The notes: generated by a model from the letters alone, not told the origin. Counted from the first letter of the stretch, positions 20,696 through 28,200 are shown. The stretch is DNA of 32,000 nucleotides from Desulfobulbus propionicus DSM 2032 (GCF_000186885.1 NC_014972.1:2820001-2852000), one strand, 5' to 3'. Made by a program: numbers and translations.

Positions 20696-20932
20696 ATGGC
20701 GATCATCAACCTACGCAACATGGCGATCAACCAGAGCGGCACCATTGTCAGTGTCAAGGTCGGCGGGGAACTCGGCCGCCGTATCCGCGAAATGGGCCTG
20801 GTGCCGGGCACCGAAATCACGGTCAAACAGCGCGCCCCCCTGAACGACCCGGTAGCCCTGCGGGTCATGGGCGGGACCCTGACCCTGCGCAACAACGAGG
20901 CCGATTACATTGAAGTGGAGGTCGCCTCCTGA
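20696..20932 (+). CDS. feoA: FeoA-family (SH3-like) ferrous iron transport protein A
   Basis: This 78-aa protein reads L..M..G..G.IV.V.....L.RRIREMGLVPGTEITV...APLNDPVALRV.G..L.LR..EA..I.V. It starts 9 nt after the glnS stop, and an AGGAG Shine-Dalgarno overlaps that stop. Confidence 0.85.
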   Translation: MAIINLRNMAINQSGTIVSVKVGGELGRRIREMGLVPGTEITVKQRAPLNDPVALRVMGGTLTLRNNEADYIEVEVAS

Positions 20933-20936
20933 GTCT

Positions 20937-20973
20937 CCCTCCTGGGGCGGGACCTGTTTCCGCCCCAGGAGGG
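20937..20973 (+). terminator. Perfect 14-bp GC-rich stem-loop after feoA; candidate transcript end or stabiliser, with no canonical U-tract
   Basis: The element is CCCTCCTGGGGCGG-gacctgttt-CCGCCCCAGGAGGG and begins 5 nt after the feoA stop. A C-rich, G-poor tract follows at 20974..21049. Confidence 0.45.
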
Positions 20974-21091
20974 CCCACCGATCTTCTTCTGCCGACCGTT
21001 GCCACGCATTCCCCTGTTCCTTCTCTGCCTCCCCACCTGCGCTCCCCCCAAAAAAAACATCGATGATCAGGCTCGCCCCTTGGCAAAGCTG

Positions 21092-21120
21092 TTGACAGTA
21101 GCCATTGTTTGGAATAACTA
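21092..21120 (+). promoter_or_regulatory. Candidate promoter for the feoA2 / Cys-rich peptide / feoB unit
   Basis: There is a perfect -35 element, TTGACA, at 21092..21097. The -10 element is ambiguous: TGg-AATAAC with a 15-nt spacer, or TAACTA with a 17-nt spacer. The inverted repeat ATTGTT-N10-AACAAT (21104..21125) overlaps the -10 region. Confidence 0.3.
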
Positions 21121-21233
21121 ACAATTCATGTGTGTCCAAGCGAATTTGGCGGGCAAAACACTTTTCTAGCCTTGTGCATCTGCCCCGCCAAGGGCGCACC
21201 GTTTCCTTTCAACCGGAAAGACGTGTACTCTCT

Positions 21234-21557
21234 ATGCCCAAGAATCAAAGCGATAGCTCCTGCATTGTGCTCAACGATGTTCCGACCCAATGCCATCACC
21301 GCAAACGGTGCGGCAACCGGATGGCCCATGGGGGAACGCCCTTGCCTGAGATCTGCTGCCACAAGCGCCTGCGGGTGTGTGCCATCAACGGTGACCGGAA
21401 GACCTGCGCCAAGATGGCCAACCTCGGGGTGTTGCCAGGTTGCGAGCTCGAATTGCTGTGCAAGGGAGGCGGCCAGCAATGCATGGTCAAGGTGAACGGC
21501 GGGACCATCAGCCTCGATGCTCTTACCGCGACCAATATTCTGGTGGCCCCCGTCTGA
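21234..21557 (+). CDS. FeoA-domain protein with a possible Cys/His-rich N-terminal extension
   Basis: The C-terminal ~65 aa align by eye with FeoA (LRVCAINGDRKTCAKMANLGVLPGCELELL...VKVNGGTISLDALTATNILV). The start is ambiguous. The ATG at 21234 gives 107 aa, and the ATG at 21321 gives 78 aa, the same length as the first FeoA. Neither has a good Shine-Dalgarno. Confidence 0.7.
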   Translation: MPKNQSDSSCIVLNDVPTQCHHRKRCGNRMAHGGTPLPEICCHKRLRVCAINGDRKTCAKMANLGVLPGCELELLCKGGGQQCMVKVNGGTISLDALTATNILVAPV

Positions 21558-21619
21558 TCGGCAGACGGATCGTGATAGTCGGAAAAGGAACCAGACAAAC
21601 TCGCTGGAGGTAAAGGAAG

Positions 21620-21805
21620 ATGCAAAATCTGATCGTGATCGCGGTTGTATGCTGCGCGGCTGTCTTTATCGGCCGGCGCTTGTGGGCTTTTGTGCGGCGC
21701 GTGCGTCAGCGGCAAAGCATTGCCTGCGGATGCGGGTGTTCAGGGTGCGGCAGCGGTGCTGGCGATTCGAAGCCCATCACCACACTCCCCCTCCATCGGC
21801 CATGA
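21620..21805 (+). CDS. FeoB-associated Cys-rich membrane protein
   Basis: This 61-aa protein has one N-terminal TM helix (MQNLIVIAVVCCAAVFIG), a basic stretch (RRLWAFVRRVRQRQ) and a CGCGCSGCGSG cluster, which is the pattern of that small-protein family. A GGAGG Shine-Dalgarno lies upstream. Confidence 0.68.
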   Translation: MQNLIVIAVVCCAAVFIGRRLWAFVRRVRQRQSIACGCGCSGCGSGAGDSKPITTLPLHRP

Positions 21806-21924
21806 GAAAACAGCACGCCGCCCGCCGCACATCCGGCATCGGCCAGGTGCGTCGTTGATCGAATACCCCACCCTCTTTGCCCCCATTCCGGTTCACCGCT
21901 CATCCTTACCCGACAGAAAAGCCT

Positions 21925-24096
21925 ATGAACAACCAGCTGACCATCGCCCTGGCCGGCAATCCCAACGCCGGTAAAACCACCTTGTTCAACCACCTGACCG
22001 GCGCCCGTCAGCATGTCGGCAACTATCCCGGCGTGACGGTCGAGCAGAAAGAAGGCTGCTGTCTGCACCAGGGCCAGGGACTGCGGGTGGTCGATCTGCC
22101 CGGCACCTATTCGCTGACGGCCTACTCGGTGGAAGAATTGGTGGCGCGGGATTTCATCATCAACGAAAAGCCCGATGTGGTGGTCGATGTGGTCGACGCC
22201 TCCAACCTGGAACGCAACCTGTATCTCAGTTGTCAGTTCCTGGAGTTGGGGGTACCGCTGGTCATTGCCCTCAACATGGTCGATGTGGCCGAAAAGCGAG
22301 GCATTACCATCAATGCCCAGGAGCTGGGCCACCGCCTCGGGGTGCCGGTGATTCCGATCGTCGCCCGCAGCGGAAAAGGTGTGGATCAGTTGTTGGACGC
22401 AGTGCTGGCCACGGCCGCCTCGTCCACCCGGCCGCAGCCGGTCTTCCTCCGCTACGGCTCGGATATCGACGAAACCCTCGCGGCCATGATGCCCGATATC
22501 GAGGCCTGCACCGAACTGACCGCCATCTATCCGCCACGGTGGCTGGGGGTGAAGCTGCTGGAAAACGACGATCAGATCGTGCACAAGGCCCAGGCCGTCC
22601 ATCCGGAGACGGCGCAGCGCCTCGTTGCCCGCTGCGAGGAAGTGGCTGACCACCTCCAGCACACCCTTGGCGTCTACCCGGAGGCGGTGATCGCCGACCA
22701 CCGCTACGGCTACATCAAATCGATCATCCATCAGGGGGTGGTGGCGCGCAAATTCGTTGCCGATCGGCTGTACGCCTCGGACAAGATCGACAAGATCGTC
22801 ACCCACCGCATCCTTGGGCCACTGATCATGGCCGCAGTCCTGTTTGGCCTCTATACCTTCACGTTCAGCTACAGCACGGTACTGGTCGATTGGCTGGCCA
22901 GCTTCTTCACCCTGATCAACCAGGGAATCGACTCCCTGCTGCCCGATGGGCCGGTCAAATCAATGATCATCTCCGGCGTGGTCGACGGGGTCGGCGGGGT
23001 GCTCGGCTTCGTGCCGATCATCATGTTCATGTTCTTTGGCATCGCTGTGCTGGAGGATTCCGGCTACCTGGCCCGGGTCGCCTTTATGATGGACCGCATC
23101 TTTCACGCCTTTGGCCTGCACGGCTCCTCGGTCATGCCGTTCATCGTTTCCGGCGGCATCGCCGGCGGCTGCGCCGTGCCCGGAGTCATGGCCACCCGCA
23201 CCCTGCGTTCGCCCAAGGAACGATTGGCCACCCTGCTGACCGTGCCATTCATGAACTGCGGCGCCAAACTGCCGGTGCTGACCTTGCTGATCGGCGCCTT
23301 TTTCTCCGCCCACCAAGCCCGCTACATGTTTCTGGCCACCGTGGCGGCCTGGGTCGTGGCCCTGTGCGCGGCCAAGCTGTTGCGCATGACCGTGCTCCGC
23401 GGCGCCTCGACCCCCTTTGTCATGGAACTGCCGCCCTATCGCTTTCCCACCCTCAAGGGACTGCTGATCCACACCTGGGAGCGAACCTGGCAATACATGA
23501 AAAAGGCCGGCACCGTCATTCTCGGCATCTCCGTCCTCATCTGGGCGATGATGACCTATCCCGGCCTGCCCGACGCACGGACAGCCCACTATGAACAGCA
23601 GCGGCAACACGTACAGACGTCCTCGCTCACCGCCGACCAGGAGGCACTCGCCGAGGCGTTGCGCAGGATCGACGCGGACCAGGCGATGGAGGGGCTGCGC
23701 CACTCACTTGGCGGTCGGATCGGCATTGCCCTGGAAAGCGTCAGCCGCCACGCGGGCATCGACTGGCGGACCAATATCGCCCTGATCGGTGGATTTGCCG
23801 CCAAGGAGGTGATCATCTCCACCCTGGGCACCGCCTATTCCCTGGGGGAAGTCGATCCCGAAAAGTCGACCTCGCTCAGCGACCGTCTGGCCAAGGATCC
23901 CAACTGGAATCCGGTGGTCGCCCTGGCGGTGATGGTGTTCATCATGTTTTACGCCCCCTGCTTCGTGACCGTGATCTGCATCGCCAAGGAGGCCGGCTCA
24001 TGGAAGTGGGCCGTTTTTTCCATGACCTTCAACACCCTGTTCGCCTACCTGATGGCCGTGGCGGTGTATCAGATCGGCACCCTGCTCTACCTTTGA
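21925..24096 (+). CDS. feoB: Ferrous iron transporter FeoB
   Basis: MNNQLTIALAGNPNAGKTTLFNHLTG is the G1 motif, DLPGTYSL is G3, and NMVD is G4. A polytopic membrane domain follows. The ATG at 21925 is preferred over the TTG at 21877. Confidence 0.93.
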   Translation: MNNQLTIALAGNPNAGKTTLFNHLTGARQHVGNYPGVTVEQKEGCCLHQGQGLRVVDLPGTYSLTAYSVEELVARDFIINEKPDVVVDVVDASNLERNLYLSCQFLELGVPLVIALNMVDVAEKRGITINAQELGHRLGVPVIPIVARSGKGVDQLLDAVLATAASSTRPQPVFLRYGSDIDETLAAMMPDIEACTELTAIYPPRWLGVKLLENDDQIVHKAQAVHPETAQRLVARCEEVADHLQHTLGVYPEAVIADHRYGYIKSIIHQGVVARKFVADRLYASDKIDKIVTHRILGPLIMAAVLFGLYTFTFSYSTVLVDWLASFFTLINQGIDSLLPDGPVKSMIISGVVDGVGGVLGFVPIIMFMFFGIAVLEDSGYLARVAFMMDRIFHAFGLHGSSVMPFIVSGGIAGGCAVPGVMATRTLRSPKERLATLLTVPFMNCGAKLPVLTLLIGAFFSAHQARYMFLATVAAWVVALCAAKLLRMTVLRGASTPFVMELPPYRFPTLKGLLIHTWERTWQYMKKAGTVILGISVLIWAMMTYPGLPDARTAHYEQQRQHVQTSSLTADQEALAEALRRIDADQAMEGLRHSLGGRIGIALESVSRHAGIDWRTNIALIGGFAAKEVIISTLGTAYSLGEVDPEKSTSLSDRLAKDPNWNPVVALAVMVFIMFYAPCFVTVICIAKEAGSWKWAVFSMTFNTLFAYLMAVAVYQIGTLLYL

Positions 24097-24109
24097 CAGG
24101 ACACTCGGA

Positions 24110-24742
24110 TCAAGCCTTGTAATCGGCGAAGCGGCGCAGGACCTCGGCCATCTCCGCCCTTGGCAGGAGCGGTGGCTCGGCCACCTGCAGGGCCTGGAGA
24201 TACATCCGCGCCAACGTTTCCACCTCGATGGCCAAGGCCAGTACGTGGTCGAGATCGGCGGCAAGGCAGATCATGCCATGATGACCGAGCAGGGCCGCAG
24301 ATCGGTCCTCCAGGGCCGCGATCGCCGCGTCGGACAGCGCTTGCGTGCCGAAGGTGGCGTAGGGCGCGCAACGGATGGAATCGCCGCCGGCCATGGCCAC
24401 CATGTAGTGAAAGGCCGGAATCGGCCGCTCCAGACAGGCCAGGGTGGTGCAGTAGAGGCTGTGGGCATGGAGCACAGCACCCGCCTGGGGGTAGTAGCGA
24501 TAGATAGCGGCATGCATCCGCCATTCCGACGACGGTTTGCGCCGGCCCTCGACTTTGCCCTCCCCGTCCATCCACACCAGATCGTCTTCCCCGCACCGGT
24601 CATAAGGTAGGGCTGAGGGCGTGATGAGCAAACCGCTGCCGTCGCGGACGCTGACATTGCCCGAGGTCCCCTGGTTCAACCCCTGGCTGTTCATGGCCCG
24701 GGCCGTGGCCAGCAGTTGCGCGCGCAGACCGAGACCGCTCAT
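24110..24742 (-). CDS. Class II aldolase/adducin-family protein, FucA-like; candidate 5-methylthioribulose-1-phosphate / 5-deoxyribulose-1-phosphate aldolase (Ald2) or MtnB-type dehydratase
   Basis: The 210-aa protein contains [59 protein letters not shown] and LLGHHGMI, a near-collinear match to the FucA fold motifs. Its ATG overlaps the mtnA stop (ATGA). Confidence 0.85.
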   Translation of the reverse strand: MSGLGLRAQLLATARAMNSQGLNQGTSGNVSVRDGSGLLITPSALPYDRCGEDDLVWMDGEGKVEGRRKPSSEWRMHAAIYRYYPQAGAVLHAHSLYCTTLACLERPIPAFHYMVAMAGGDSIRCAPYATFGTQALSDAAIAALEDRSAALLGHHGMICLAADLDHVLALAIEVETLARMYLQALQVAEPPLLPRAEMAEVLRRFADYKA

Positions 24743-25866
24743 TGCCCCTGCTCCGGATAGAGGCCGAGCAGGCCGCTTCGGCTGGCCGCACAGATGCCCC
24801 GCTCGGTGATCAGGCCGGTCACCAACCGGGCCGGGGTAACATCAAAGGCCGGATTGACTGCCGGCGTGGCCACGGGAGCGATGGCCACTGTGTGCACCGT
24901 GCCCGCCTCGTCCCGTCCCTGCAATTGCAACACCTCTTCCTCGCCCCGTTCCTCGATGGGAATCTCGGCCACGCCGTCACTCACCGTCCAGTCAACGGTG
25001 GATCCGGGCAGGGCCACATAGAAAGGCACACCGTTGTCCCGGGCGGCCAACGCCTTGAGATAGGTGCCGATTTTGTTACACACGTCGCCGCTGGCCGTGG
25101 TCCGGTCGGTGCCGACAATGCAGCAATCCACCTGGCCATGCTGCATGAGATGACCGCCGGCATTGTCGACGATCAGGTGATGGGGAATATGCGCGGCCAC
25201 CAATTCCCAGGCGGTAAGCGAGGCACCCTGATTGCGCGGCCGGGTTTCATCGACCCAGACATGCACCGGGATGCCCAACTCCACCGCCTTGTAGACGGGT
25301 GCTAGGGCAGTGCCCCAATCGACGGTGGCCAGCCAGCCGGCGTTGCAGTGGGTGAGGATGTTGACCGGCTGCCCCTCTTTCTTGTTGCGATGGATCGCCG
25401 CAATCAAGGTGGCACCGTGACGGCCGATGGCCTCGTTGGTAGCCACGTCTTCCGCGCAGATCCGCCCGGCTTCGTGGTAGGCCGCGGCCAATCGCTGTTC
25501 CGGCGGCAAGGGCAGCAGCAGTCGCAGCATCCGTTCCACCGCCCAGCGAAGATTGATCGCCGTCGGCCGGCAGGCGATCAACTGAGCGGCCATGTTCTCC
25601 ACAGCCTCGGTGGTGGCGTGCTGGCGCAGGCCGAGGCAGAGGCCATAGGCGGCGGTGGCCCCGATCAACGGCGCGCCACGAACCAGCATGTCGCGAATGG
25701 CGGTCATTGCCTGCTCCACACTCTCCAGGCGAACGATGTGAAAATGAAAGGGCAAGCGGGTCTGATCAATGATTTCAACGCCCACCCCATCGGCCGCCAG
25801 CCAAATGGATCGATAGGCCTGTCCGTTTACCTGCACAAACGCACCTCCTTGAAAAAAGCCAATCAT
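24739..25866 (-). CDS. mtnA: S-methyl-5-thioribose-1-phosphate isomerase (eIF-2B alpha/beta/delta family)
   Basis: Conserved segments include [88 protein letters not shown] and [20 protein letters not shown]. The ATG at 25866 is chosen, and the ORF-track start is at 25905. Confidence 0.88.
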   Translation of the reverse strand: MIGFFQGGAFVQVNGQAYRSIWLAADGVGVEIIDQTRLPFHFHIVRLESVEQAMTAIRDMLVRGAPLIGATAAYGLCLGLRQHATTEAVENMAAQLIACRPTAINLRWAVERMLRLLLPLPPEQRLAAAYHEAGRICAEDVATNEAIGRHGATLIAAIHRNKKEGQPVNILTHCNAGWLATVDWGTALAPVYKAVELGIPVHVWVDETRPRNQGASLTAWELVAAHIPHHLIVDNAGGHLMQHGQVDCCIVGTDRTTASGDVCNKIGTYLKALAARDNGVPFYVALPGSTVDWTVSDGVAEIPIEERGEEEVLQLQGRDEAGTVHTVAIAPVATPAVNPAFDVTPARLVTGLITERGICAASRSGLLGLYPEQGQ

Positions 25867-26070
25867 GAACACCTGTTGTCCTGACCCTACCGAACCGGGC
25901 CCCAACGGGTCAAGTCAATTGTGTTCGCGTCTTGTCGCCACCGTGCCAGAGAGCGCCACTGCCGATCGACCGGCGCCTTGTCGCCAGCCGCTGGATTTTT
26001 CCTCCGGGCTTTGCTATAAACTCTTCCATCGATCGTTTGCTGTTTTTTTTCCTCTTGGTGCTGGTCAACA

Positions 26071-28200
26071 ATGAACACTCCGGATTCGGTTCTTGCCTCT
26101 CTCAATCTTTCCGGCCAGTTGCCCAGCATGCCGCAGGCACTGGTGCAGCTGATCGACAGCTGCCACACCCCCGATATCCCGTTTCAGGCCATCGCCGACA
26201 TCATCGACAAAGATGCCGCGATCAGCGCCAAGATCCTGCAACTGGTCAATTCGGCGTTCATCGGCCCCCGCAGGACGATCACCAGCGTGGAACAGGCGGT
26301 GGTCTACCTGGGCATCGACGCTGTCAGGAATCTGGCCATTTCGATCTCCGTACAGCAGGTCTTTCGCCGGGGGGAAAAAAACGGTCCCCTCACCCTTGAC
26401 CGCTTCTGGCACCACTCGTACCAGAATGCCCTGCTGTCCAGAAAGATCGCCACGACCATCGACTATCCCGAACCTTCCGAGGCCTATCTGGCGGGTCTTC
26501 TGCACGACATCGGCAAACTGCTGCTGTGGATGGCCTTTCCCGGAAGCTATGCGCCCCTGTTGCTCAAGGGGGTCCGTTGCGTCAATGCCCGTCTCGCTTT
26601 TCTCGAGGAGGAAAAATTGCACGTCAACCACTGCCAGGCCGGAGCCTGGCTGGGCGAACAGTGGCGGTTGCCCACCTTGCTCACCGACGCTATCCGCTAC
26701 CATCACCACCCGATCGAGGCGGTTCGCCAGGCCTTGCCCTTGGTCAGAATCACCAGCCTTGCCGACCTGCTCAGCCATGGCGATCCCACCGCAACGGATG
26801 GCCTGGAAGCGGCCCATCAGCTTCTTGGCCTGACAGCGGCGCAGGTGGCGACGGTGTTCGATGGACTGGATGAGCAGGTCGAGCAGATCGCCACCCACAT
26901 GGGGATCCGCATTCCCCGAGACGCCGGCCACTCGTCCGATCCGCGCCCCGACGAAGTCAAGGAGGCGCACAAAGACGCCTCGCGGACCCTGATCAACCGG
27001 GTCCGGGACGTTTCCCAGCTCTGCGGCCTGCTCGACAACCTGTTGCGGGCCGAGGACCGGGAACGGATCGTCCGCGCGGTCGAGCAGGGAATCCTCCTGC
27101 TCCTCGACGAGAGGCGCTGCCTGCTCCTGCTGACCGATACCGCCACCGGCCAGCTGCGCGCCCATGTCCCGACGGACGCGTCCCTCACCGGGGAGGCGGA
27201 GCGACTCGCCTTTGTCCCCCAGGACCATGCCGGCAGCCTGCCGGCCCGGGCGCTTGAGGAACGGCGCATGCTCCACGCCTTCTCCGGCACGCACGAATCC
27301 TCGACCCAAGATCACCTCTTTGATGCCCATCTGCGACGCCTGCTGGGGACGGAAGGATTGGCGGCCATTCCCCTGATCCACCACGGCAAAATCGAAGGGC
27401 TGCTGCTCGTTGGCCTGGAGCGGCGGACGCAGCGGCTCCTGCTTGCCCAGGCCACCTCCGTGCGGCTGCTGGCCGACCATGCGGCCGCCGCCCTGCATCT
27501 GGATCGCATGCACGCGGCCCGGGCGGAACAGATCGCGGCCGAACGGTTGCAGGCCGCGACCCTGGTGGCCCGCAACATTGCCCACGAAATCAACAACCCG
27601 CTGGCCATTCTCCGTAATTATCTTCACATCCTGGCAGGCAAAAACAGGCAGGGCCAATCGATTGACGCCGAGGTGGCGATTATCGACGGCGAACTGGAAC
27701 GGATCGCCCACATCACCACAGGCTTGCAGAATTTGGCGCGGGAATCCGAGGCAATGCACCTCGAACCGCTGGACCTTCACCGGTTGCTTGAGGAAATTCT
27801 CGACCTGTTCCGGGCCGCCCTGCCAGAGGACAAACAGGTGCGCCTCACCTTCACCCCCCTGGACGAACAGCTCTCCCCCATGGCTGATTCCCGTTCCCTC
27901 CGCCAGATCATGCAAAACCTGCTGGGCAACGCCCTGGATGCGGTTTCGCCCGGAGGAATGATCACCGTGCACACCAAGCGTGCGCACAAGAATGTGCTCA
28001 TCACCGTCACCGATAACGGACCGGGGGTTGCGCCGGCGATTCGGGACTCCCTCTTTCAAGCCGGGGTCTCGACCAAGAACGGGCGGCACAGCGGTCTGGG
28101 ACTGGCGATTGCCGACCAGCTGGCGCGCCGGATGGGCGGATCGCTCTCCTGCGCGTCCGTTCCGGGAACCACGGTCTTCACCCTGCAGCTCTCGGCGTGA
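26071..28200 (+). CDS. Soluble HDOD-GAF-HisKA-HATPase_c sensor histidine kinase
   Basis: The HDOD domain reads LPSMPQALVQLIDSCHTPDIPFQAIADIIDKDAAISAKILQLVNSAFIG...AYLAGLLHDIGKLLL...HCQAGAWL. A central GAF-like region follows. The H-box is ARNIAHEINNPLAIL, and the N, G1 and G2 boxes read LLGNALDA, DNGPGV and GLGLAI. I see no TM segments. Confidence 0.85.
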   Translation: MNTPDSVLASLNLSGQLPSMPQALVQLIDSCHTPDIPFQAIADIIDKDAAISAKILQLVNSAFIGPRRTITSVEQAVVYLGIDAVRNLAISISVQQVFRRGEKNGPLTLDRFWHHSYQNALLSRKIATTIDYPEPSEAYLAGLLHDIGKLLLWMAFPGSYAPLLLKGVRCVNARLAFLEEEKLHVNHCQAGAWLGEQWRLPTLLTDAIRYHHHPIEAVRQALPLVRITSLADLLSHGDPTATDGLEAAHQLLGLTAAQVATVFDGLDEQVEQIATHMGIRIPRDAGHSSDPRPDEVKEAHKDASRTLINRVRDVSQLCGLLDNLLRAEDRERIVRAVEQGILLLLDERRCLLLLTDTATGQLRAHVPTDASLTGEAERLAFVPQDHAGSLPARALEERRMLHAFSGTHESSTQDHLFDAHLRRLLGTEGLAAIPLIHHGKIEGLLLVGLERRTQRLLLAQATSVRLLADHAAAALHLDRMHAARAEQIAAERLQAATLVARNIAHEINNPLAILRNYLHILAGKNRQGQSIDAEVAIIDGELERIAHITTGLQNLARESEAMHLEPLDLHRLLEEILDLFRAALPEDKQVRLTFTPLDEQLSPMADSRSLRQIMQNLLGNALDAVSPGGMITVHTKRAHKNVLITVTDNGPGVAPAIRDSLFQAGVSTKNGRHSGLGLAIADQLARRMGGSLSCASVPGTTVFTLQLSA

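Noticed and set aside
21081-21096. A sigma-54-like element, TGGCAA-AGCTG-TTGAC, lies upstream of the second feoA. It is tempting because an NtrC-type activator is in the window.
   Set aside because: The spacing is right, but the nearly invariant GC of the -12 element is GA here and the -24 element has a mismatch. The TTGAC is better explained as part of a perfect sigma-70 -35 hexamer, TTGACA.
25942-25947. A TGGCAC hexamer on the minus strand upstream of mtnA could be a sigma-54 -24 box.
   Set aside because: The sequence at the required -12 position is CGAC, not TTGC, so there is no valid -12 element. A similar TGGCAG...TTGCA pair upstream of fba (about 1650..1670, minus strand) has a 9-nt rather than a 5-nt spacer.
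25867-26070. A possible SAM, SAH or MTA-responsive riboswitch in the mtnA leader.
   Set aside because: I could not match the leader to the conserved cores of the SAM-I, SAM-II/V or SAM/SAH classes as I remember them. Only short GC palindromes are present. An Rfam scan is needed to exclude it formally.
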